Shown: piece by piece, positions 41,179-49,381 of the stretch
Numbering within the stretch: the stretch's first letter is position 1
Layout: the number at the start of each line of letters is the position of its first letter
NCBI GenBank assembly: GCA_037441385.1
Contig: JBBISH010000003.1
Location: 102,045-166,044 of the forward strand
Reading direction: 5' to 3'
DNA: 64,000 nucleotides
Source: Myxococcales bacterium
GTDB lineage: Bacteria; Myxococcota_A; UBA9042
Position numbers and translations under genes: made by a program
The notes under the pieces: model-generated
The model's database searches: none
Told to the model about the DNA's origin: nothing
The model's input: only the letters and a program-made list of their open reading frames with translations

Positions 41179-42366
41179 ATGCCGCGCTGGGCCGCCATTG
41201 CCATGGGACTGCTGGTGGGCGCCGCGGCGGCCTTGCTGACCAGCAACCCGCGCACGCCAGCGCCGACCAAAGGGCCGGCAACCTCGCAAGCCATCTCAGA
41301 AATCGACGGCAGCCTGGCCCAAGTGTGGTTGCAGTACAGCGCCGAGGCCGAGCCGGTTGTGGGCAGGGCGCAGCTAGACTTCTTGGCCGGTCTGCCGCCC
41401 GAGACGACGTCGCTGTGGACCGTGGCGCGCGGCGAGGACTCCGCGAAATTGTCCGCGTTTTTGAAGCGCGCCGGGGCCGCGGCGGCCCGCGCGACCGTGG
41501 TGGAAGTGCCCGGCCCCCTGACGCCATGGACCCGCGATCGGGCACTGGCCTTGGCCCGCGACGGCAAGCTGTTGCTGCTGGTGCCGCCTGACCCAGGCGA
41601 GAGTTGGCCGGAACGGCAGGGCGACTGGCACGCGGCCCAGTGGCTCGCGGCAGCGCGCACGGGCAGCAAAAGTGTAGAGCTTCCGATCGATTTTGACGCC
41701 GGGGACCTGATCCTGAGCGACGAAGTGACCCTGTTCGACGCCAACCTGCTGGCCAAGAATCGCGGCCGGGGGTTTGCGACGATGAGCGAACTGGCCAAGG
41801 CCGTGGCGGGCTGGACCGGTCGACATGCCCTGGGACTTGGCGAAAACGAAGGAGATGTGCCGCGCTACCACATGGCCATGTACGTCATGCCGCTGGGGCA
41901 GCGCCGGGCGCTGGTGGGCGATCCGGCCCTGGCGCGGGCGATCACCGGGCCGGGTTGGCAGCCTGGCGACCGATCGCCCGACGACGACCGCGCGCTGCTG
42001 GCCGACGACAGCACCGGCACCCAAGCGCGCTTTGAGCGGGCTGCCCGCGAGTTACGGGCCCAGGGCTGGGCAGTGGATCGCGTGCCGGTCGTCCAGTTCG
42101 ACGATCGGACCTACGTGACCTACACCAACGCCGTGGTCGAGACCGGATCGCGCGGTCGGCGCGTGTACCTACCGCAGTACGCGGACGACCAAGCGGAGGC
42201 AACCGGGCCGCTGCGGCGCCTGGATGCGGCCGGGCAACTGGCGTGGCAACAGGCGGGCTACACCCCGGTGCCGATTCGCGTCGCGGGCGTGTGGCGCCAC
42301 CACGGCACCATCGGCTGCCTGGTCAACGTGTTGTGGCGCGGGGCGGCGCCGACCCTGCTGCGCTGA
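41179..42366 (+). CDS. exported agmatine/peptidylarginine deiminase-superfamily (pentein) protein
   Basis: N-terminal signal/TM; WTRD, DAGD, TYTN, GTIGC. Confidence 0.7.
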   Translation: MPRWAAIAMGLLVGAAAALLTSNPRTPAPTKGPATSQAISEIDGSLAQVWLQYSAEAEPVVGRAQLDFLAGLPPETTSLWTVARGEDSAKLSAFLKRAGAAAARATVVEVPGPLTPWTRDRALALARDGKLLLLVPPDPGESWPERQGDWHAAQWLAAARTGSKSVELPIDFDAGDLILSDEVTLFDANLLAKNRGRGFATMSELAKAVAGWTGRHALGLGENEGDVPRYHMAMYVMPLGQRRALVGDPALARAITGPGWQPGDRSPDDDRALLADDSTGTQARFERAARELRAQGWAVDRVPVVQFDDRTYVTYTNAVVETGSRGRRVYLPQYADDQAEATGPLRRLDAAGQLAWQQAGYTPVPIRVAGVWRHHGTIGCLVNVLWRGAAPTLLR

Positions 42367-42527
42367 AACCGGAAATCTAGCCCCGCGGCCGCGATTCTTG
42401 TGTCCCTGCGGCGGTCTGGGTAGCATGGCAGATGCGGCAGGCGGCACGGGCGCAGGGCGCGCGGGCAAGGTCGGCACGCGAGGCGAGCGCAGGTGGCCGG
42501 CACCGTCGGGGTCATTCCTTGAAATAC

Positions 42528-45500
42528 ATGTCTGTGATTCAGCACTTGGTGAGCATTGTGGCCGCGACCGCCCTGCTGGCCAGCTGTGGCGAAAACGTGG
42601 TCGCGTCCGGCGGCATCACCGCCAGCGACGCCAAGGCCGATCTGCAGGTGGTCGATCTGCCGCAAGCGGCGAGCGTCGACAAGGCGGCCTGGCAGTGCCC
42701 CGGCGGATACGGCTGCCCCTGCGACAGCGACAGCACGTGCACCGCGTCGGGTTTGTGTGTCACCGGGGGCAGCGGCAGCGTGGCCGGAGGCGCGCCGCAC
42801 TGCGCAGTCCCTTGCGCCGAGGGCTTTTGCGCGGCAGGCGAAGTGTGCCGGCAGCTCGCGGGCGCCAAAGGCGGCGAGTGGTGGTGCGTGGCCAGCGGCG
42901 GGCACCTGTGCGACCCCTGCGCCAAGTCGGAAGATTGCGCCGCCCCCGGCCACAGCGGCGCGCGCTGCGTGGACTACGGCAGCGAGGGCCGATTCTGCGG
43001 CGTGGCGTGCCAAGGCGATGCGGAGTGCGACGCCGGCTATCACTGTGGCCAAGCCACCACCGCCGAAGGCAACACCAGCCTGCAATGCCTGAAGAATGGG
43101 GCCAAGCCGACCCAGTTCGGTGTGTGCGAGTGCAGCGCACGGGCCAAGGCGCAAAAACTCGAGACGGTGTGCGGCCAGGGCAGTTGCAAGGGCAAGCGCA
43201 GCTGCGGCGAAGCGGGCCTGTCCGCGTGCTCGGCGGCCGCTCCGGCCAGCGAAGTGTGCAACGGCAAGGACGACGACTGCGACGGCCAGACCGACGAAAC
43301 CTCGTGCAGCGACAACAATCCCTGCACAACCGACACGTGCGACCCCGCCAAGGGCTGCAGCCACGCGCCAGACGACGGTGCTCCATGCTCGGACAAGAAC
43401 GTTTGCACGGACGGCGACGTGTGCGATGGCGGTAGCTGCAAGCCGGGAGCGGCGCTGGACTGTGGCGACAGCAACCCTTGCACCAGCGAGTCGTGCGATC
43501 CGGTCAAGGGCTGCCAGACCAAGTTCGCCGACGGCACGGCGTGCGACGACGGCGATCCATGCACCAAGGACGACGCGTGCAAAGGGGGAAGCTGCAAGCC
43601 AGGAGCGCCGTTGGTTTGCGACGACAAAGACCCCTGCACCGCCGACAGCTGCCAAAGCGGCAAGTGCACGGCCACGCCGGTGGAGGGGGCGCCCTGCGAC
43701 GACGGCAGCGCTTGCACGGGCGCCGACACGTGCACGGGCGGCACCTGCGCGGGTACACCCTTTGTCTGCGACGACAACAATAGCTGCACCACGGACAGTT
43801 GCGACGCCTCGAAGGGCTGCGTCTTCTTGCCCGGCCCGCCCACGGCCTGCGACGACGGCAACTTGTGCACCACCGGCGAGGCCTGCAAAGGCGGCAGTTG
43901 CACCGGCGGTACCACCCAGCCCTGCCCCAACGACAACCCGTGCGCCGTCGCAACCTGCCAACCGTCTACCGGCCAGTGCGCCATCAAGAAGAAGTCCGAC
44001 GGCGCCCTTTGCAGCGACGGCAAGACCTGCACCAGCGGCGACCACTGCGCCACCGGCGCGTGCGTGGCGACCCTGAGCTGCGACGACCAAGACGCGTGCA
44101 CCGCGGATGTTTGCGGGGTCAACGGCAACTGTGCCCATCTGGCCATCAGCACTGGCAGTTGTGCGCCGCCGTCGTGCGCAGGCAAGGACTGCGACGACAA
44201 GAACCCATGCACCGTCGACGGTTGCAACGCCTCGGGCTGCACCCACGCGGCGGCGCTTGGCCAGACCTGCGACGACGCCAACGCTTGCACCCTGGGCGAC
44301 GTTTGCGGCAGCGACGGGACCTGCATGGGCGCGGCGGCGATCTGCACCGACGACAACCCGTGCACGATCGACGCCTGCGACGCGACCAAGGGCTGCAGCA
44401 ACGACCTGAGCACACTGCCCTGCGACCTGGGCAACTGCCAAGCGGGCCTGTGCGAGTCGGGCAAATGCGTGGCAACGGGCCAAGCCGGCTGCGACGACCA
44501 GAATCCTTGCACAACGGACAGTTGCGAGGTAGGTGGTTGCGTCCACGCCCCGGCCACCGACGGCGCCAGCTGCGACGACGGCCTAAAGTGCACGAGCGGC
44601 GACGCGTGTAAGTCGGGGCAATGCGCAGGCACGGCGCTCGATTGCACGGCGACCGGCAACGTTTGCCTGATTGGCTCGTGCGACGTCAGCACGGGCAAGT
44701 GCGCGTTTGCCAACGCCAGCGACGGCAAGGCGTGCGATGACGGCGACGCCTGCAGCAAGGCCGACACGTGCACGGCGGGCGCCTGCGGCGGCAGCCAAGT
44801 CGACTGCGACGACAAGAACCCTTGCACGGCCGACACTTGTGACAAGACCGCGGGTTGCCAGCACGCCAACCTGGCCGACGGCGCCACCTGCAGCGACAGC
44901 GATGCTTGCACCGTCGGCGACTCTTGCAGCGGCGGCAAGTGTGGCGGGACGACCAAGGTTTGCGACGACAAGAACCCTTGCACCACAGATGGTTGCAACT
45001 TGTCGGTCGGCTGCACCACCACGGCCGTCAGCGACGGTCAGGCCTGCGACGACGGCGACCCATGCACCCAAAGCGACGCTTGCAGCAGCGGCAAGTGCAC
45101 CGGCACCGTAGCCCCCGACGCCGTGACCACGCTCGCCGGAGCCGGGATCGCCGGATTTGCCAACGGCAAGGGCGATCAGGCCAAGTTCACCCTGCCCTCC
45201 GCGATCGCGGTCGGAAGCGACGGCACGCTCTACGTCGCCGACGCCGCCAGCAACGGCGCTTATATCCGCAAGGTCATGCCAGACGGGACCGTGAGTCTGC
45301 TCGCCGGCAAAGGCCTGAGCGGTTTTGCCGACGCCACGGGGAGTTCCGCACAGTTCTGGGCGCCGGCAGGCTTGGCCGTGGACGCGTCGGCCACCGTGTA
45401 CGTGGCAGACCGCTTCAACCAGCGCATCCGCAAGATCAGCGCGGCCGGCGTGGTGTCGACGCTGGCCGGCGACGCCCCGGACCCCGGATTCTTGGACACC

Positions 45501-46136
45501 AAGGCCCAAGGCGGCTACCAGGACGGCCAGGGCAGCGCGGCGCTCTTTGACGAGCCTGCCGGCATCGCGCTGGGGCCCGATGGCAAGCTGTACGTGACCG
45601 AGATCGCCAACCACAAGGTTCGCATCGTCGCCATGGACGGCACGGTGACCACCCTGGCCGGCAGCAGTCAAGGCTACTTGGACGGCGCGGTCAACGCGGC
45701 CAAGTTCGATTCACCGCAAGGCATCGCCGTCGCCAAGGATGGCACCGTGTACGTGGCCGACACGGGCAACAACCGCATCCGGGCCATCGCCAGCGGCCAA
45801 GTGACCACCTTTGCGGGCACGGGCATTGCCGGCTTTGTCGACGGACCGCTCCTGGACGCCTGCATCGCGGCGCCGGCCGGCCTGAGCCTGGGCAGCGATG
45901 GCACGCTGTACCTGGCCGACTCGGGCAACAACGCCCTGCGCGCCCTGAGCAGCACGGCGGTGACCACATTGGCCGGCATGGGCAGTGCCGGTTTTGGCGA
46001 CGACACTCCGTCCAAAGCCAAATTCAACGCGAGCTTGGGCTTGGTGTGGGCCAGCAACGGCCTGTGGTACGTGGCGGACACCCAGAACTATCGGGTGCGC
46101 AAGCTGCTGTCGCCCGCCCTGGCTTGCAAACCGTAG
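42528..46136 (+). CDS. giant lipoprotein: CxDxNPCTxDxC Cys-rich repeats + C-terminal NHL beta-propeller
   Basis: Lipobox LASC; many CDDxNPCT repeats; PxGIAV..LYVADxxNxRIR blades. Confidence 0.88.
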   Translation: MSVIQHLVSIVAATALLASCGENVVASGGITASDAKADLQVVDLPQAASVDKAAWQCPGGYGCPCDSDSTCTASGLCVTGGSGSVAGGAPHCAVPCAEGFCAAGEVCRQLAGAKGGEWWCVASGGHLCDPCAKSEDCAAPGHSGARCVDYGSEGRFCGVACQGDAECDAGYHCGQATTAEGNTSLQCLKNGAKPTQFGVCECSARAKAQKLETVCGQGSCKGKRSCGEAGLSACSAAAPASEVCNGKDDDCDGQTDETSCSDNNPCTTDTCDPAKGCSHAPDDGAPCSDKNVCTDGDVCDGGSCKPGAALDCGDSNPCTSESCDPVKGCQTKFADGTACDDGDPCTKDDACKGGSCKPGAPLVCDDKDPCTADSCQSGKCTATPVEGAPCDDGSACTGADTCTGGTCAGTPFVCDDNNSCTTDSCDASKGCVFLPGPPTACDDGNLCTTGEACKGGSCTGGTTQPCPNDNPCAVATCQPSTGQCAIKKKSDGALCSDGKTCTSGDHCATGACVATLSCDDQDACTADVCGVNGNCAHLAISTGSCAPPSCAGKDCDDKNPCTVDGCNASGCTHAAALGQTCDDANACTLGDVCGSDGTCMGAAAICTDDNPCTIDACDATKGCSNDLSTLPCDLGNCQAGLCESGKCVATGQAGCDDQNPCTTDSCEVGGCVHAPATDGASCDDGLKCTSGDACKSGQCAGTALDCTATGNVCLIGSCDVSTGKCAFANASDGKACDDGDACSKADTCTAGACGGSQVDCDDKNPCTADTCDKTAGCQHANLADGATCSDSDACTVGDSCSGGKCGGTTKVCDDKNPCTTDGCNLSVGCTTTAVSDGQACDDGDPCTQSDACSSGKCTGTVAPDAVTTLAGAGIAGFANGKGDQAKFTLPSAIAVGSDGTLYVADAASNGAYIRKVMPDGTVSLLAGKGLSGFADATGSSAQFWAPAGLAVDASATVYVADRFNQRIRKISAAGVVSTLAGDAPDPGFLDTKAQGGYQDGQGSAALFDEPAGIALGPDGKLYVTEIANHKVRIVAMDGTVTTLAGSSQGYLDGAVNAAKFDSPQGIAVAKDGTVYVADTGNNRIRAIASGQVTTFAGTGIAGFVDGPLLDACIAAPAGLSLGSDGTLYLADSGNNALRALSSTAVTTLAGMGSAGFGDDTPSKAKFNASLGLVWASNGLWYVADTQNYRVRKLLSPALACKP

Positions 46137-46218
46137 GCGCTGCGGCGAACATGGCCGCGCACGCACCGGCAACGCCAATCCAAACTCTTCGAGGTCCCAA
46201 GCAGCGAGGCATACGGCC

Positions 46219-47055
46219 ATGTACCCAGCAACTTGGCAGGCACCCCAGTTCAGCGGCTGGCAGCAAGCTGCCGTCTGGCGCCGTGCTGGAGTCTGGCTGT
46301 GCGCGGCCACCTGGGCCGGCCTGGTGGCTGGCTGCGACGTGCCCAGCGCCACCAACGTGGTGGCCCCGGCGCTGGCTGAAGCCGCAACCCCACTAGAAGA
46401 CGGGGTAATCGAGGCAGTGCTGGTGTTTCGCCCAGGGCCGGTCAAAGCGCCCAAGGTGGCCAAAGCCGAGCCCAAGCCTGAACCGAAGCCCGAACCCAAG
46501 CCAGAGCCCAAGCCGACCGGCCCTAGCCCCGAGCTGATCGCCGCCCAGGCAGAACTTGCCCGCATCCAGGGAGATACGTCGGCGATCGCCGCCGCCGAAG
46601 CCGCCCTGCGCGCCGCGGAGGCCGAGGCCCGTGCCGCCACCGCCCCCGTTGAGGCCGAGCTAAAGGGTGTGGAGCGCAAGATCCAAGAGCTCGCGCTGAG
46701 CATGGAGATCGAGTCGTCGCAAGTACGGCAAAACAAGTGCTGTTCGATGTGCGGCGAAAGCAAGACGGAGATCGAGCGGCGCGGCGAGCCGTTCGAGACA
46801 CACCTGACCAATGTCAAGGGCACCCTCGCTGAGTGCAAGCCCGGCAAGCTCGAGGCCGTGCAAAAGAAATACGCCGGCCAGCTGGAGCCGCTCAAGCAGC
46901 GGGCGGCCGAGCTCCGCGGCAAGGTGGGGCCCGCTGTGCAGGCCGCTCAGGCCAAGGTCAACGCGGCCAAGACGGCACTGGACGCCGCCAAGAACGAGCG
47001 CGCCCAGAAGCTGGCGGCGGCCCAGGCCAGGGTCGACGCCGCATCGCACAAATAG
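46219..47055 (+). CDS. coiled-coil lipoprotein with EPKP repeats and CCxxC motif
   Basis: Lipobox VAGC; heptad Ala/Glu/Lys pattern; CCSMC; start uncertain. Confidence 0.7.
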   Translation: MYPATWQAPQFSGWQQAAVWRRAGVWLCAATWAGLVAGCDVPSATNVVAPALAEAATPLEDGVIEAVLVFRPGPVKAPKVAKAEPKPEPKPEPKPEPKPTGPSPELIAAQAELARIQGDTSAIAAAEAALRAAEAEARAATAPVEAELKGVERKIQELALSMEIESSQVRQNKCCSMCGESKTEIERRGEPFETHLTNVKGTLAECKPGKLEAVQKKYAGQLEPLKQRAAELRGKVGPAVQAAQAKVNAAKTALDAAKNERAQKLAAAQARVDAASHK

Positions 47056-47057
47056 AC

Positions 47058-47198
47058 GGGATCATACGCACCCCACCTGATTCGCGCCTGTATGGCTTTT
47101 CTGACCCGTTCTGCAACTGGCGAGAATCAGGCGGGGACCCCGGTTCGGGCCCGAAAGATTGCCCATGTTTTCGATCCGATTCGGACGGAACTGGGATC
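47058..47198 (-). mobile_element. dispersed element copy 4 (GGGATC direct repeats)
   Basis: Reverse-complement match to copy 1. Confidence 0.8.
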
Positions 47199-47212
47199 GA
47201 TTGGGGTCCGGG

Positions 47213-48670
47213 CTACAGCCCGACGATCACCTTGAGCAAGCGCTCGATCGTGGTGCCGTAGGGCGGGTTGAGCAGGCCGGCGGCGTTGACGCGGCTCTGA
47301 TAGAACACGCCCTTGTTGTGCGAAAACGCGTCGAAACCGGTCTTGCCGTGGTACGCACCCATCCCCGCGGGGCCCACGCCGCCAAACGGCAGGTCCTCTT
47401 GGGCGATGTGCAGGATGGTGTCGTTGACCGTGGCGCCGCCCGAAGTGGTGCGCTCGAGGACGGTGGCGGCGCGACCGCTATCGCGATCGAAGTAATAGAG
47501 CGCCAGGGGCCGCGGCCGGGCGTTGACGTAGGCGATCGCCCCGTCCAGGGAGTCGTACTCGACGAGCGGCAAGATCGGCCCAAAAATCTCGTCTTGCATG
47601 ACGGCCATGCTGTCTTTGGCCCCGACCACCAAGGTCGGCGCCAGCTTGCGCGAGGCCGCGTCGAAGGTTTCGTTGCCGGGGTTGAGCTCGATGAGCTGAG
47701 CGCCACCGGCGCGCGCCTCGGACAGATAGCCCTGCAACCGCGCGTACTGGCGGTCGTTGACGATGGAGCAATAGTCGGGACTGGCGACGAGGGTCGGCCG
47801 GATACGGGCCAGAACGCTTTGACAGGCTTGGGCAAAGGCCTGGGTTTGACCGCGCGGCACCAGCACGTAGTCCGGCGCGATGCAGGTCTGGCCGGCGTTG
47901 AGCAGCTTGCCCACCAGGATCCGCTCGGCAGCCTTGTCCAGCGGGTAAGAAGAGTGAACGATCACAGGCGACTTTCCGCCCAGCTCCAGCGTGACTGGCA
48001 CCAAGTTCTCGGCCGCGGCCTTCATGACGGCGTGGCCGACGCGGGTGGAACCGGTGAACAGGATGTGGTCCAACGGCAACTTGCACAGCGCCTCGGCCAC
48101 TTCGGGCCCGCCCTGCACCACCTGCACCTGATCGGGGGCAAAAGCCTCGCTGATCATCCGCGCCAGCAGCTCGGAGGTCCGCGGCGTGAACTCGGAGGGT
48201 TTGATGATCACGCGATTGCCGGCGGCCAGCGCACACACCAGCGGCGCCAAAGCTAGCTGCACCGGGTAGTTCCAAGGCGCCAGGATGGCCACGACGCCCA
48301 GTGGCTGCGGAACGACCTTGTTGCGACCCGGCTGAAAAGCCCAGTGCACGGGCATGGTGCGCGGCCGCGCCCAGCGCGCCAGGTGTTGGCGAGCGTGCTT
48401 GAGGCCGGCCAGGGTGGGAAACAGGTCGGCCAGCAGGGTCTCGTGCCGCGAGCGCGTGCCAAAGTCGGCATCGATCGCGGTCACGATGTCGTCGACGTGG
48501 GCGCGAATCACCCCTTCCAGCGCGTCGAGCCAGCCGCGGCGCTGCGCCACGCTGGGCGGCGCCTCGGTCCGGCTCAGCTGATGCATCTTGGCGAACGTCG
48601 TGCGCAAAGCCGTCAAGGCCGGCGCCTCTTCGCGGTGGTCGTCCAGGTGGGCAAGCTTGGCGGTGCTCAT
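47213..48670 (-). CDS. coniferyl-aldehyde-dehydrogenase-like NAD-dependent aldehyde dehydrogenase
   Basis: PWNYP, KPSE, FTGST, LELGGKSP, GQTCIAPDY, EIFGP. Confidence 0.92.
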   Translation of the reverse strand: MSTAKLAHLDDHREEAPALTALRTTFAKMHQLSRTEAPPSVAQRRGWLDALEGVIRAHVDDIVTAIDADFGTRSRHETLLADLFPTLAGLKHARQHLARWARPRTMPVHWAFQPGRNKVVPQPLGVVAILAPWNYPVQLALAPLVCALAAGNRVIIKPSEFTPRTSELLARMISEAFAPDQVQVVQGGPEVAEALCKLPLDHILFTGSTRVGHAVMKAAAENLVPVTLELGGKSPVIVHSSYPLDKAAERILVGKLLNAGQTCIAPDYVLVPRGQTQAFAQACQSVLARIRPTLVASPDYCSIVNDRQYARLQGYLSEARAGGAQLIELNPGNETFDAASRKLAPTLVVGAKDSMAVMQDEIFGPILPLVEYDSLDGAIAYVNARPRPLALYYFDRDSGRAATVLERTTSGGATVNDTILHIAQEDLPFGGVGPAGMGAYHGKTGFDAFSHNKGVFYQSRVNAAGLLNPPYGTTIERLLKVIVGL

Positions 48671-48727
48671 GGGTGCTCCTGCAGAGAAGACGCGTGCCAA
48701 GAAGATGCCGCAATCCGCAGGGTTTGG

Positions 48728-49363
48728 CTAGACCCGAATCAAGACTTGCTGCATTTCGTCTGCATTTTCAACCACATACGGCGCAGCAGCCGCCTCCGCG
48801 GGCCGGAAGCCCCAGGTCACCCCCAGCGGCCGCATCCCCGCGTTCTGCGCGGTTTGCAGATCGACGGCAGTGTCGCCGACGAACCAGCAATCACCGGGCG
48901 GCACCCCAAGTTTTTGGCTCAGGTACAGGGCCGCCGCCGGATCGGGCTTGCGTGGCCAGCTGGGTCGCTGACCAGCCACCTCGCGCCACGGAACCTTGGG
49001 AAAGTAGTGATGAACCAAGGCGACGGTTGCCTCGTGTGGCTTGTTGGACAGGACCGCGAGCGGCAACCCGGCGCCGGCCAACTGCGCAAGAGCCTCCCCG
49101 ATCCCCGGATACACGCGGGTCTGGTCGTACATCCGCTGAAGATACAGGGCCTTGTAGCGAGTCAGCCACTCCGGGCGAAGCTGGGCCGGGGCGACGGCGC
49201 GCTGCAGCAGCATCTCGGCCCCCTCGCCCACCATCGCATAAAAACTCGCGAGCGGGTGGCCGGGCAGCCCCACTTCGGCGAGCACCTGGTTGACCGCGGC
49301 GGCGATGTCGCCCACCGAGTCGAGCAAAGTGCCGTCTAGGTCAAAGATCACGGCGCGCGGCAT
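48728..49363 (-). CDS. HAD phosphatase (phosphoglycolate phosphatase-like)
   Basis: FDLDGTL, SNK, KPDP, VGD...D. Confidence 0.9.
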   Translation of the reverse strand: MPRAVIFDLDGTLLDSVGDIAAAVNQVLAEVGLPGHPLASFYAMVGEGAEMLLQRAVAPAQLRPEWLTRYKALYLQRMYDQTRVYPGIGEALAQLAGAGLPLAVLSNKPHEATVALVHHYFPKVPWREVAGQRPSWPRKPDPAAALYLSQKLGVPPGDCWFVGDTAVDLQTAQNAGMRPLGVTWGFRPAEAAAAPYVVENADEMQQVLIRV

Positions 49364-49381
49364 CGCAACTCCACAGCAGGG

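Noticed and set aside
42258..45022. 762-aa and 660-aa minus-strand ORFs
   Set aside because: Shadows of the Cys-rich NHL gene
26973..47198. Dispersed repeats as a CRISPR array or integron attC sites
   Set aside because: Copies are kb apart in both orientations; no spacers, cas or integrase genes; no RYYYAAC/GTTRRRY ends
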